Source: Macrostomum hystrix
Taxonomy: Eukaryota > Animalia > Platyhelminthes
Assembly: GCA_950097015.1 (NCBI GenBank)
Contig: CATNEN010000001.1
Location: 22,754,001-22,818,000, forward strand
DNA: 64,000 nucleotides
Direction of reading: 5' to 3'
This document shows positions 13,401-26,221 of the stretch, piece after piece. The notes under the pieces are model-generated. The model had not been told where the DNA came from and did no database searches. It saw nothing but the letters and a program-made list of their open reading frames with translations. Each line of letters starts with the position of its first letter. Position 1 is the stretch's first letter. A program made the position numbers and the translations under genes.

Positions 13401-14224
13401 TGGTGGACTCTCTATCCGAGATCCTGTCAGCCTGCCTGCCGCCCAAGGAGCCGCTGCCCTACTTCATCATCGGCGTGATGACACAGAGCGGCAGCGGCCA
13501 GGCGGAGCGTCTGCACGCGGCCAAGCTGGAGCTGCACAGCGCCTGCAGCTTCCGCTGGGTGCTGTGCTCAGCCCACATGGAGCCGGTCCGCGGCCTGCTG
13601 GGCCGTTGCCTTCGTCAGCGTCTGGTGGCCGCGGAAGTGGAAGCCGGCTCCAGGCTGCCCGAGATGGCCCTGGTGGCAGACTGGCTGCAGGAGGCCTGGC
13701 TACGACTCAACCGACTGCTGGAGACCCACGCCGGCGCCGAGTCGGCCCTGGGACCCGCCCAGTTCGCCTCCTGCCCAATGAACTGTTTGCGCGACTCCGA
13801 GCAATGGTTCATCCGGCTGTGGAATCACTGCCTGGTGCCCTACCTCATCGAGGCCTGCCGCGAGGGCCTTCGACTGAGGGGCGCCCGCGCGCCCTGGGAA
13901 GATCCGGCTATGAAGCTGCGAATTGACTGGCCCTGGGCAGCGATTAGCGGCTGCGGGGATGCCGAAGATCTGATCAGCGTCCGACCCGAGGATGTGGGCT
14001 ACGAGGCTAGCCGCTCTGCCCAGCAACAGCAGCAGCAGCAGGGCCAGTCTAGTTCCCTATTGAAGGATACTAATGTTGAAATGTCGTCAGTTGCTAGCAC
14101 TGCGCCGACTAGCTCGAATGCTGCTGCTGCCACCACTACAGATGACCGGCTGATGGCCATGCTGATGCGGCTACAGGAGGTGGCCAACTGTGGCCTGGCT
14201 AGCGATCTCACTGACAGTGTCTGA
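10259..14224 (+). CDS. NAV: Neuron navigator / UNC-53 / sickie-like protein (SxIP-rich region, coiled coils, C-terminal AAA+ ATPase), 2 coding exons
   Basis: Exon 10259-12507 (GG|GTAAGT) joins in frame to exon 12739-14224 (branch-like CACTAAC, polypyrimidine tract, CTACAG; a phase-compatible alternative acceptor exists at 12778). Navigator-like coiled coil (EIAKLKSELEQAQQRIASL...AFERSLSDVTTRL...AERKDTEL), RRIVLCGPAGVGKT Walker A, VVLDNL Walker-B-like, WFIRLWNHCLVPYLIEACREGL and WEDP motifs. Confidence 0.88.
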
Positions 14225-14744
14225 TGCCGACAGATTTTGAGCACATTCACCCTGCGTGGCTTGCATTACGCTTATAATTTGAACTCTTCCAGTGCGTTTT
14301 TCATGGCTTACACGCGCGGCCTGCTTTAACGACAAAGCAGCAATGTGACTTGGATATTATTAAGCTGTATTCTGAGCCATTTATTATGCATGGATTTAGT
14401 CATTTATTTATAAATATTCGGCGATGTGTGCTTTGACGCCTTTGTGTAATCGTTACTGTTTATATCGTTCTTAAGTTGTTTATTTATTTACTGTCATGTT
14501 TTTTGCGTTTTGTCACTAGGATAATGCCTAATAGATAAAACATTAGAAATGCAATCTCTAATACTGCGCATTTGTTTCTGTAAGTTTTGATATTTTAACG
14601 TGTCTACAGTTTTTTAAAGGGATAATAAAAAGTGACTGTTCCATTGCTGATTAAAGATAAGAGAGATACGTAACGATTCGTTACTTTCAGGTCACGTGAT
14701 TCTAGTCTCTGCAACCTAATGCAGTCTCTCCCACCCACCCTATG

Positions 14745-15655
14745 CCTTTACCGATGTACACTCGCTCCTCAGATTGACCCCCTTACTGATGTGCGCTCGC
14801 TCCTCAGATTGACCCCCTTACTGATGTGCACTCGCTCCTCAGATTGACCCCCTTACTGATGTGCACTCGCTCCTCAGATTGACCCCCTTACTGATGTGCG
14901 CTCGCTCCTCAGATTGACCCCCTTACTGATGTGCACTCGCTCCTCAGATTGACCCCCTTACTGATGTGCGCTCGCTCCTCAGATTGACCCCCTTACTGAT
15001 GTGCACTCGCTCCTCAGATTGACCCCCTTACTGATGTGCACTCGCTCCTCAGATTGACCCCCTTACCGATGTGCACTCGCTCCTCAGATTGACCCCCTTA
15101 CTAATGTGCACTCGCTCCTCAGATTGACCCCCTTACTGATGTGCACTCGCTCCTCAGATTGACCCCCTTACCGATGTGCACTCGCTCCTCAGATTGACCC
15201 CCTTACTGATGTGCACTCGCTCCTCAGATTGACCCCCTTACTGATGTGCACTCGCTCCTCAGATTGACCCCCTTACTGATGTGCACTCGCTCCCAGACTA
15301 AACCTTTCTTAATGTACACTCGCTCCCTGACTAACCCCTTCCCAATGTACACTCGCTCCCTGTCTAACCCCTTCCCAATGTACACTCGCTCCCTGTCTAA
15401 CCCCTTCCCAATGTACACTCGCTCCCAGACTAACCCCTTCCCAATGTACACTCGCTCCCTGACTAACCCCTTCCTAATGTACACTCGCTCCCTGACGAAA
15501 CCCTTTCCAATGTACACTCGCTCCCTGACTAACCCCTTCCCAATGTACACTCGCTCCCTGACTAACCCCTTCCCAATGTACACTCGCTCCCTGACTAACC
15601 CCTTCCCAATGTACACTCGCTCCCTGACTAACCCCTTCCCAATGTACACTCGCTT
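14745..15655. repeat. Compound minisatellite: ~15 x 35-bp units grading into ~11 x 33-bp related units
   Basis: CTCGCTCCTCAGATTGACCCCCTTACTGATGTGCA, then ACTCGCTCCCTGACTAACCCCTTCCCAATGTAC; explains spurious ORFs 15224-15779. Confidence 0.95.
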
Positions 15656-16574
15656 CTTGACTAAGTTAAACCGCTCTTGCGCGCCTAAGCTACCAAAATA
15701 CATTTTTTCATACAATGCACAGTCGGCAATTTTCACAGTTTTTTATTCACTGCCTAACACGGTATTAGACTCACCTTGACGTGCTTCATCTTAACGTATA
15801 CTTATTCCTTCTACTCTGCTCTAATGGCTTTTTGTGTATATAAGTCATTATTTTTGCCTTTGCGATTACAAAGCTATGTTTAGAAATCCAAATGTGTCTG
15901 AAAATTCTGTACTGATATTTAGTTTGATTTATCTTGCGAAAAGCTGCATATTTCTTTTTGTAAGTGCAAAGCGCATTGAATATTTATTCTTATTCCTCTT
16001 GCTTTCATTATAAATTATATCTTATCATGTGCTTCCCACAGTAAAATCCTATTTTTCATCCAATACTAAATAAATTATTAGTAAAGCAATTTTTTCTGTC
16101 ATCATCAACCAGCTCTGCCGCTTTTGCAGTTAAAATCTTTTTTTTACTCAACTCTAGTTTTTTTTATTTTGCCTGTACTTTCACAATTGATCGCTCAATT
16201 TTAGTTTTTTGTTAAACAGAAGCTATCAAAGCTTTATCTAACACTCAACTCGGTATCGTTTTTTAGAGCTTTTAGGGCAATATTAGTTTTACTGTGTCCC
16301 ACTTTTAATTAGCGGTTGTACCAGCACTAGTCTTCGATTTTCTGGTCTCTTTCGAATTACAGTGTTGTGCTCATTTTATACAATTTTATCTTCTGACATG
16401 CTCATGAATTCTTAACTTGGTGAATCCGAAAGCGAGGGAAATTATTGATTTCGGTAAATCTACAACTATTCTCCGTTGATGAAAAGTGGAGAATCATTGG
16501 ACTAGAAAATCCCTTCTTAACTAATATCATAGTTTTAATATAATAGCTGAAGTGCGGAAATAGATTGGGAATAT

Positions 16575-16985
16575 ATCGCGAGGCTGGGAAATCCTAAGAT
16601 TGAGAAATCTCATGGCAAGGAATCCCTACTAACTAACACCAAAGCTGTCAAGTCCAGAAATGGGAAATCCCGGGGCTGCGGAATCCCTAATGGGGAATCT
16701 CGAGGCTGGGAAATCCCGAGACTGGGAAATCCCATTGGGGAATCTCGAGGCTGGGAAATCCTGATGGGGAATCTCGAAGCTGGGAAATCCAGAGGCTGGG
16801 AAATCCCTAATGGGGAATCTCGAGGCTGGAAAATCATAAATTGGGAATCCCAAGGCTGGTAAATCCTAATGCGGGAAACACAAGGTTAAAAAATCTGTAA
16901 AGCGGAAATCTCAAAATTCGAAACCCTACTTGACTCTTACCAAAGCTGTGAAGTCACGAAATGGGGAATCCCGAGAAATCCCTAA
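16575..16985. repeat. Degenerate GGGAAATCCC/CGAGGCTGGG tandem repeat
   Basis: Repeated GGGAATCTCGAGGCTGGGAAATCC motifs. Confidence 0.8.
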
Positions 16986-17774
16986 CTACGATTTGTAAGT
17001 CCCTAGATAGAGAGTTCTAAAGCGAGGCAATTTCTTCAGTTCTAGGAAATCGAAAAAGGCCGAACAAACTAGACTGATTCGGGTTCATTATCTTTTACCT
17101 ATTTTCATTACTTTTCATAGCTTTTTTGCTCTATCTAAAAGCTTTTAATATTTTATTGATCTATTTTAACGCTCATTACATTTTATTTCTCGTTTTGTTT
17201 ATATCGATTTTTGGACCTGTTGAGTAAAAGCGCCTCATATTTGTTTTATTTAGCTCTTAATTCTCATTCGCTAACTCAATTCGCTAACTCGAGATATTGA
17301 ATAATCTCGATTTTCTGCTTTAAGATGAAAAATGCTTGGCACTCTCTATGATATTTGTTCGCATTATTCTTTAGCGCAGTACAGCTGAACACAAGTTTAT
17401 AGCACGACAGAATTGCTTCATTGAGACAGAGTTTGAGTTTGAGTTTGAGTCTACATTGATCAACACCGAATTTCGGGAAAAAATCTAATGCTGCTTTTAG
17501 TAGGGATTATTCAAACTCGAGCCGGTCTTTCTCTTTGTTAATTATTTTTTTTGTTTTAACACCTCTGTTTGTAGCTCAGCAGGCCTCACTAGGTACAGGC
17601 ACCCATTTGGCTAATTAGATCTAAGCAAGATTATATTAGCTAACTTTAGTAATTTGTTCTCCATTTGTGCCTTGTCATCCAGCTTCATCACTGCCTCATT
17701 TCACTTGCTTAATTTGGAATAGATTTTCTTTACCTAATCGGTTCCTTGCAATTAGGTACGAAATTAGAGTGCTA

Positions 17775-18060
17775 AGGTAAGAGGCGGGTTGTTAAGGTGA
17801 GGGGCGGGTTGTTAAGGTGAGGGGGCGGGTTGTTAAGGTGAGGGGGCGGGTTGTTAAGGTGAGGGGCGGGTTGTTAAGGTAAGGGGGCGGATTTTAAAGG
17901 TGAGGGGCGGATTTTTAAGGTGAGGGGGCGGGTTGTTAAGGTAAGGGGCGGATTTGTAAGGTGAGGGGCGGATTTTTAAGGTGAGGGGGCGGGTTGTTAA
18001 GGTGAGGGGGCGGATTGTTTAAGTGACAAGTCGGATTGTTAAGGTGAGTGGCGGAATTTT
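17775..18060. repeat. ~21-bp G-rich minisatellite (GGGGCGGGTTGTTAAGGTGA)
   Basis: Direct periodicity; each unit carries a GGGGCGGG GC-box-like word. Confidence 0.9.
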
Positions 18061-20363
18061 TAGGTACGGGGTAGGATTGTGCAATTGATAAAGCTGATAA
18101 TTGCTTATGTAGAGGGAAAGGTATTGTTAGGGTGAAAAAGCGGTCTTTCAGGAATTATCTTCTACAAAAAACTTAAGCAGATCTGCCCAACAAAACAAGA
18201 GACAATGATCTGCCCAGCCGGTCACTGCACTATCCCTTTCTTCTGTTCGCATGTTCTGTTTCAACTTCCGGGCAGCTCGCCAGTTGAGCAGAGGCTGAGC
18301 ATGCTAGCTGTTTGATGGGGCTGATGTGGCAGTGCAGCCAGGTGATCAGTCATTTTGTCGAGTGGGACTTCTCGCCAATTGACTCCGCGTGTCACCGCTA
18401 TTCTTATCCTCTCTCGCATATTTTTCCCAATCAGGGGCCAGGCCTGCTTTCTCCTTTCCCTTTCTCCTCCTCTTCATGATCCCCGTCTGCTCAGCTTCCC
18501 CTTCATCAGTAGCCAATTGACTTTTACGGTTTTCCGGCTTCCCTAGCGGAGTTGCGGGCGGGCGGGGATGCGGTAAGACACGGACTTGGCCAGGGAGGGA
18601 GGACGGGAATGAGGGGAGATTTAGCGGAGGGGTGGACGGCAGCCATGGCCTCAGTGCGTGGGCTGCTCAATTTTGCATTTGCTGGCCTCCTCCAGACCGC
18701 TTCTTCCCCTTCCCCATTTTGCTGCTCCCCATCCCACCGCCAGATCCCTGAAGTCTCGGATTTTCTACCCGCTGTAATATTTTTAGGGCAGGCGTGTACC
18801 GTGTGCTCATTTCACATTGAGTACAGGGCTCCAGCTGCGTAACAACCTCATCTGCTTCTGCCTGTCTCTCTCAGCCTATATCTTTCTGCTTGGGCCTTCT
18901 CCTTCATCTCTCTTTTAGCGGTCTTGCTCGCTCTTTCCTTCTGGTCTTTCTTCCCATCGCGTGAGTCTGTGCTCAGGCTGGCCTCTCTCCCCTCCGCCGC
19001 CCTCCAGTCTGCCCGCCTGGCTGTCTGCTTCCAGAAGCGCTGGAGGTATTTCTGGTAAAGCAGGATTTTTTACTGTCTGGAATTTCGAATCGTAGATTCT
19101 CGCTTGCCTGTCGGATTGCCGCTCGGCAGAATCGGTATATTGTTGTGCGACATTGTTTTGCTTCTATTGTTGATTTTGAAAGAAGTTTTTATCGATTTTT
19201 TAAAGTTAATTTAGGCCTGGAGAAGTCTCGTCTAATCTGGGTTAGCACGAGTAGATAATCCTTGGATTAAGTTTCTTGGAAAAAATCAGCAATGTTTAAC
19301 TCGAAAACACACAGAAAGTTTGACATTGGAAATCAATGCATAATGGGTAGCTTTGAATTTTTTCATGGGATGATTATTCTCTTTCTGTTTTTTTCTATTA
19401 GGCTTCTTTACCAGTTAGGACAGACTTTGTTCTACAAGTTTTGATCGAGTTGAAGAGACATTATCAAGTTTGGTTTCTGCAGATGTTGAGTGGGGTCATA
19501 TTTTTGGGAGATATTTTCGAGTCTCCCTTAATAACCAGATTCGAGAAATAGAAGGGCTTCTTTTAAAAGCAGCAGCAGCAGCAACGTGTGTCTCTTCGGT
19601 TTCAAGGAAGCAGGATTCGGACACATCGTGCCCGTCTCTGCTCTTGTCTTCTGTTTCCCCTCGAAGAAAATATCTTTGAGGCACGCTCCTAATGTGTTTG
19701 GCTGCATTTTCTTAGGCACATTTTTGTTACAAGAGTCGCTTCATCAGCCAGCCGCCTTCTGAATATTTCTTGCCCGCCGGATACTGGACTTTTTACTTGA
19801 GAAATTGCGAAAGCAGAAGTTTGGAAGGCTAATATTTTAATGCAAGCGCACACTTCTCGGATAAAAAAGTTTTATTCGGGTACTTAGGAACTTTCTTGGA
19901 AAGGAACTCCGGACGGAGAAGGTTGCGACGAAGAGTTCGCAAATTGTCGCTAGCTGCATGGGTATTGGATTTCATGCAGCAAGTGATGAGAGAGAACTCG
20001 TTGCCCACTGCACAAATCTCAGAGCCCGATCTGTGTGTGCGTTTTGTGTTTCTTGACCAAAGCATTTTTCTCTAGCAAAAGCCCCTCTCGCCTTTGTATT
20101 ATATTTTTGTTGCTCTTTCATGTTTATGTGGCGATTATCGGTTTGATTTAGCAATAAGTCTGAACTCTCTCTTTCTCTTTCTCTATCGTCACGCCATAAA
20201 TTAAAAGCAGTAAAAATTTGCCATTCGATCTGGCTTCAAAGCAAACTGGCATGCCTGGCTAAGCATTCTTTAAATTCAGCCTGCCACAAAATCTTTTCTT
20301 TTTCGCTTAGATTTTTTTCAGCGATATTTTTTAGCGTTGGATTTCACTCTTTCGCTTCTTGAA

Positions 20364-21352
20364 AGATTAGGATGTTGTGGCGCATTAGAATTCTAAGATT
20401 AGGATGTTGTGGCGCATTAGAATTCTAAGATTAGGATGTTGTGGCGCATTCGAATTCTAAGATTAGGATGTTGTGGCGCATTAGAATTCTAAGATTAGGA
20501 TGTTGTGAAGCATTAGAATTCTAAGATTAGGATGTTGTGAAGCATTAGAATTCTAAGATTAGGATGTTGTGGCGCATTAGAATTCTAAGATTAGGATGTT
20601 GTGGCGCATTCGAATTCTAAGATTAGGATGTTGTGGCGCATTAGAATTCTAAGATTAGGATGTTGTGGCGCATTAGAATTCTAAGATTAGGATGTTGTGA
20701 AGCATTAGAATTCTAAGATTAGGATGTTGTGGCGCATTCGAATTCTAAGATTAGGATGTTGTGGCGCATTAGAATTCTAAGATTAGGATGTTGTGGCGCA
20801 TTCGAATTCTAAGATTAGGATGTTGTGGCGCATTAGAATTCTAAGATTAGGATGTTGTGGCGCATTAGAATTCTAAGATTAGGATGTTCTGGCGCATTAG
20901 AATTCTAAGATTAGGATGTTGTGGCGCATTAGAATTCTAAGATTAGGATGTTGTGGCGCATTAGAATTCTGACATGAGGATATTGTGGCGCATTAGAATT
21001 CTGACATGAGGATATTGTGACTCATTAGAATTCTGAGATGAGGATATTGTGACACATTAGAATTCTGAGATGAGGATATTGTGACACATTAGAATTCTGA
21101 GATGAGGATATTGTGACTCATTAGAATTCTGAGATGAGGATATTGTGACTCATTAGAATTCTGAGATGAGGATATTGTGACTCATTAGAATTCTGAGATG
21201 AGGATATTGTGACTCATTAGAATTCTGAGTTGAGGATATTGTGACTCATTAGAATTCTGAGTTGAGGATATTGTGACTCATTAGAATTCTGACATGAGGA
21301 TATTGTGGCTCATTAGAATTCTGAGTTGAGGATATTGTGACTCATTAGAATT
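20364..21352. repeat. 32-bp minisatellite (AAGATTAGGATGTTGTGGCGCATTAGAATTCT), ~31 copies with a polarised variant gradient
   Basis: One GAATTC per unit; the 3' third switches to GAGATGAGGATATTGTGACTCATTAGAATTCT. Confidence 0.96.
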
Positions 21353-21919
21353 CTTCCATAGGGGTAATTCCGCGAACTTAAATATGCTATCTGGCATGTT
21401 TTTTGCTTCGCTGACATATAACTCTCATCGATATAATTTTTTCCTTGCTTAAGAAATAAAGCACTTATCTTGTCGTCTTCTAGAAGGAAATCAGCTGTCA
21501 GTTTTTCCAGCAGGTTCCAGTCCTTGTTTGTTGGTTTCGCTTTTTATCCTGAAGTGTTTTTCCTCTGTCTCCCCTGAGCACAGGCGAGTTATTCCGTGCG
21601 TGACGAACAGCCGAGTCTATTTGAAGGCATGATTTTTTATAAGAACTGCCCCATGCTTTGACGTTCTATCTGATATTTTTGGCATCTGGTCTGTACTAAT
21701 GGCATCCTAACTGGGAGCAGGTGGCATTAAATATTTCTGCCTGCTTTAATTGTTACTCTAGTTTAGTTTTTTTGTGCGTCATTTTTGGTTGAAAATTGTT
21801 ATGCATAGTTGCTTGTCTATTCAGATATTTTTTTCTAGCTGGGTAGGTTTTTGTCGAGACAAAAAACTGTTCTATTTATGTCTTAACTATTTGCTTCCTT
21901 CATTTAGCATGCATAGCTA

Positions 21920-22620
21920 CACCTCTCATCTCTACCCTCTCCCTCTCATCTCTACCCTCTCTCTCTCATCTCTACCCTCTCCCTCTAATCTATCTACCCT
22001 GTCCCTCTCATCTCTACCTTATCCCTCTCATCTATCTACCCTCTCCCTCTCCCTCTCATCTCTCTACCCTCTCCCTTTCATCTCTCTACCCTCTCCCTCT
22101 CATCTCTACCTTCTCCCTCTCATCTATCTACACTCTCCCTCTCATCTCTACCCTCTCCCTCTCATCTCTACCCTCTCCCTCTCATCTCTCTACCCTCTCC
22201 CTCTCATCTCTCTACCCTCTCCCTCTCATCTCTACCCTCTCCCTCATCTCTTTACCCTCTCCCTCTCCCTCTCATCTCTCTACCCTCTCCCTTTTATCTC
22301 TCTACCCTCTCCCTCTCATCTCTACTTTCTCCCTCTCATCTCTCTACCCTCTCCCTCTCATCTCTCTACCCTCTCCCTCTCATCTCTACCCTCTCCCTCA
22401 TCTCTTTACCCTCTCCCTCTCCCTCTCATCTCTCTACCCTCTCCCTTTTATCTCTCTACCCTCTCCCTCTCATCTCTACTTTCTCCCTCTCATCTATCTA
22501 CCCTCTTCCTCTCATCTCTCTACCCTCTCCCTCTCCCTCTCATCTCTCTACCCTCTCCCTCTCCCTCTCATCTCTCTACCCTCTCCCTCTCCCTCTCATC
22601 TCCCTACCTTCTCTTCTCCC
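21920..22620. repeat. Polypyrimidine (CT-rich) degenerate minisatellite
   Basis: CTCTCATCTCTCTACCCTCTCC-type units; explains spurious ORF 21774-22667. Confidence 0.92.
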
Positions 22621-23104
22621 ATCTGTATCGCCTCCCTGCATTTCCATTTCTACATTTTTTGTTTTAGTTAGAAAATATGTATTTTAAAAGCGGCTCTCGG
22701 TTTTAAAAGCGTGTATCGATTTCTCTAACGATTTCTAGCTCTACCGATTTTAATATAGACTAGTTTTCAGCTTCATTGATTAGTTGTTGCTATGCTGTCA
22801 ATTTAGAAAAACTGATACTCCTAGATTTAGTGTTTCCAAACGTTACAATTATTTTGCTCTGCTTTGTCATTCTAGAATTAAGTAACATTTAGACAGTAGA
22901 CCTGCCTTTCTATTGTTCTTCGATAATAACAGAAGCAATTATTGCAATGCAATTTCAGCTCATTCCGACCACAATTACGGCAGTGATGACGGACCAGAAC
23001 TGACTGATCTTGTACATCAAACAGCTCCAACGCCTGCGAACACACATATCCAACAGTTGTCCCTAAATCATTTCATATATTCAAGCAGAACACCCGACTC
23101 AAAG

Positions 23105-26100
23105 ATGGCCGACTCAGCCAAAGGCCACGGCGCTAGCAACAATGGCGACTTGAACCAGAGCAGCTCAGACGCTGCCAGAGCTGCTCAGCCTCGCCAGGGT
23201 ACACGCGTCTTTAAGAAGAGTTCGCCAAACGGCAAGATTACCGCTTACCTGGGCAAGCGAGACTTCGTGGACCACCTGACGCACGTTGATCCAATTGACG
23301 GCGTGGTTCTGGTCGATCCGGACTACATGAAAGATCGCAAAGTCTATGCCCACGTACTGGCCGCATTCCGCTACGGTCGCGAAGATCTGGACGTTCTCGG
23401 CTTGACATTTCGCAAGGATCTGTACATCGCCTGCATGCAGGTGTATCCGCCCATCAAGGACAATTCCAAGCCGCTGACTCGCCTTCAGGAGCGGCTTATC
23501 AAGAAGCTGGGCGACAATGCGCACCCGTTCTTCTTTGAACTGCCGCCACAGCAGAGCCCGGCCTCTGTAACCCTGCAGCCTGGACCCAATGACAGCGGCA
23601 AGCCGTGCGGTGTGGACTACGAACTCAAGACCTACGTCGCCGAGACTGCCGATGGGAAGTCTCACAAGCGGAGCACTGTCCGTTTGGCCATTAGGAAACT
23701 CACCTATGCCCCTGAGCAGCCAGGACCACAGCCCAGCGCTGAGGTGAGAACTTTGCCTGAGTCTGTCCACTCTTCAGGGCCTCTTCAGGGTCCCTTCTCT
23801 GCCTGAGTCTGTCTACTCTTCAGGGCCTCTTCAGGGTCCCTTCTCTGCCTGAGTCTGTCTTCTCTTCAGGGTCCCTTCTCTGCCTGAGTCTGTCTACTCT
23901 TCAGGGCCTCTTCAGGGTCCCTTCTCTGGCTGAGTCTGTCTTCTCTTCAGGGTCCCTTCTCTGGCTGAGTCTGTCTACTCTTCAGGGTCTCTTCAGGGTC
24001 CTTTCTCTGTCTGAGTCTGTCTTCTCTTCAGTGTCCCTTCTCTGGCTGAGTCTGTCTACTCTTCAGGGTCTCTTCAGGGTCCTTTCTCTGTCTGAGTCTG
24101 TCTTCTCTTCAGTGTCCCTTCTCTGGCTGAGTCTGTCTACTCTTCAGGGTCTCTTCAGGGTCCTTTCTCTGTCTGAGTCTGTCTACTCTTCAGGGTCTCT
24201 TCAGTGTCCTTTCTCTGTCTGAGTCTGTCTACTCTTCAGGGTCTCTTCAGGGTCCTTTCTCTGTCTGAGTCTGTCTACTCTTCAGGATCAGTTCTCTCCC
24301 TTCAGTATACTCTTCAGTGTCTCAGTGCCTGATTCTCGCGGCTTTCTGGCTACCCCTGAGGCTATGCCAGGTTCCCCATTTTATTCCCAAGCCTTTGATT
24401 TCTGCCCCTCAGACCACCAAGGAATTCATCATGAGCGCTGGCTGCCTCAGACTGGAGGCCAGCCTAGACAAGGAGAAATACTACCACGGCGAGTCCATCG
24501 CCATCAACGTCCTGGTTGACAACAACACCAGCAAGACGGTGAAGAAGGTTCGCATCTCTGTGCGCCAGATAGCGGACATCTGCCTGTTCAGCCCGAATAG
24601 CTACAAGTGCGGGGTGGCCGAGCTCGAGTCGGAGGAAGGCTTCCCCATCGGTCCCTCCCAGACTGGCTGGTGCAAGGTCTACCACGTCTGCCCGCTGCTA
24701 GCCAACAACCGCGACAAGCGAGGCCTGGCACTTGACGGCCAGCTCAAGCATGAGGACACCAACCTGGCGAGCAGCACCATCCTGAAGGATGCCAGCCAGT
24801 CCAAGGAGAACCTGGGCATTGTGGTCAACTATCGAGTCAAGGTTGGCTACCCATCACCCATTTCTCATGGGGCGGATGATCGATTTCATTTTGGGGGCCG
24901 GATGATCGATTGCTTGGGGGGCGGATGATTCATTTCTTGGGGGAGCGGATGATTCATTTCTTGGGGGGCGGATGATTCATTTCTTGGGCGGCGGATGATC
25001 GATTTTTGAGTGGCGGATGATCGATTGCTTAGGGGGCGGATGATTCATTTCTTGGGGGGCGGATAATCGATTTTTTAGGGGGTGGATAATCGATTTTTTA
25101 GGGGGGCGGATTATTCATTTCTCGGGGGCGGATGGTCGATTTTTAGGGGGCGGATAATCGATTTCTTAGGAGGGTTGATTATCTATATCTTAGGGGGCGG
25201 ATTATTCATTTCTTGGGGGGCGGATCATTCATTTCTCATGGGTGCGGATTTATAGGGGGGCGGATGATCCTTTTTTATAGGGGGTGCGGATGATCCATTT
25301 CTTAGGGGGGCGGAGGATCCATTTCTCATAGGGGCGGATGATCCATTTCTCATGGGGGCGGTGGATCCATTTCTCATGGTGGCGGAGGATCCATTATTCA
25401 TGGGGGGCGGATGAACCATTTCTCATGGGGGCGGATAATCAATTTCTCATGGGGGCGGACGATCCATTTCTCATGGGGGCGGTGGATCCATTATTCATGG
25501 GGGGCGGATGAACCATTTCTCATGGGGGCGGAGGATCCATTTCAAATGGTGGCGGAGGATCCATTTTTCATGGGGGCGGATGAACCATTTCTCATGGGGG
25601 CGGAGGATCCATTTCTTATGGGGGCGGATGAACCATTTCTCATGGGGGCGGATGATCCATTTCTCAGGGGGGCGGAGGATCCATTTCTTATTGCTCAGTT
25701 ATTAATCGAGGGGAAATGCGGCTACTCTCAACCCAAAAAGGTTCGCCTCGTTCTCGGCTTCGGCACATCTGACGTCTGCGTCGAGCTGCCATTCGTTCTG
25801 ACGCACCCAAAGCCATCGGAGGAGGACGCGTCTGACGCTGGCGACGGACCTGTCGCCGTCGCGTCTGCCACCACCGCCGCATCGGCCACAGCGGCGTCAG
25901 CTGCCCCGTCAAAGGCTCCGGTGGCTCCGGCCGCTGCGGCAGCTCGCGACGCCGACATTTTGGACACCGACCTGATCCACCTGGACGCTGGCGGCTTCCC
26001 CGGTGGCGGCCGCGGCGACGGTGCCAGGAGCCTGCACCTGCAGCCGGATGACGACCTGATATTCGAGGACTTCGCCAGGCTCCGATTGCACGGTCAAGGT

Positions 26101-26115
26101 GAAGAGGATGCCTGA
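23105..26115 (+). CDS. ARRB: Beta-arrestin (non-visual arrestin), 3 coding exons
   Basis: Exons 23105-23743, 24413-24841 and 25741-26115, all phase 0. Hallmark motifs: [101 protein letters not shown], clathrin box LIHLD and AP2 motif [14 protein letters not shown]. The start could lie further upstream (frame open from 22913). Confidence 0.95.
23754..24320. repeat. 35/46-bp minisatellite in arrestin intron 1
   Basis: CTGAGTCTGTCTACTCTTCAGGGCCTCTTCAGGGTCCCTTCTCTGC units starting ~10 nt after the donor. Confidence 0.93.
24858..25690. repeat. ~24-bp minisatellite in arrestin intron 2
   Basis: GGGGGCGGATGAACCATTTCTCAT-type units filling almost the whole intron. Confidence 0.92.
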
Positions 26116-26221
26116 CTCCCGCAAGCACACTGATGATGCTGAGCTATTTTTGTCTTTTACATTAAATTTGAGACACTCATATCGCTTTTCTGGTGGGCTC
26201 CAAGCAGCATTGGTCACCTTT

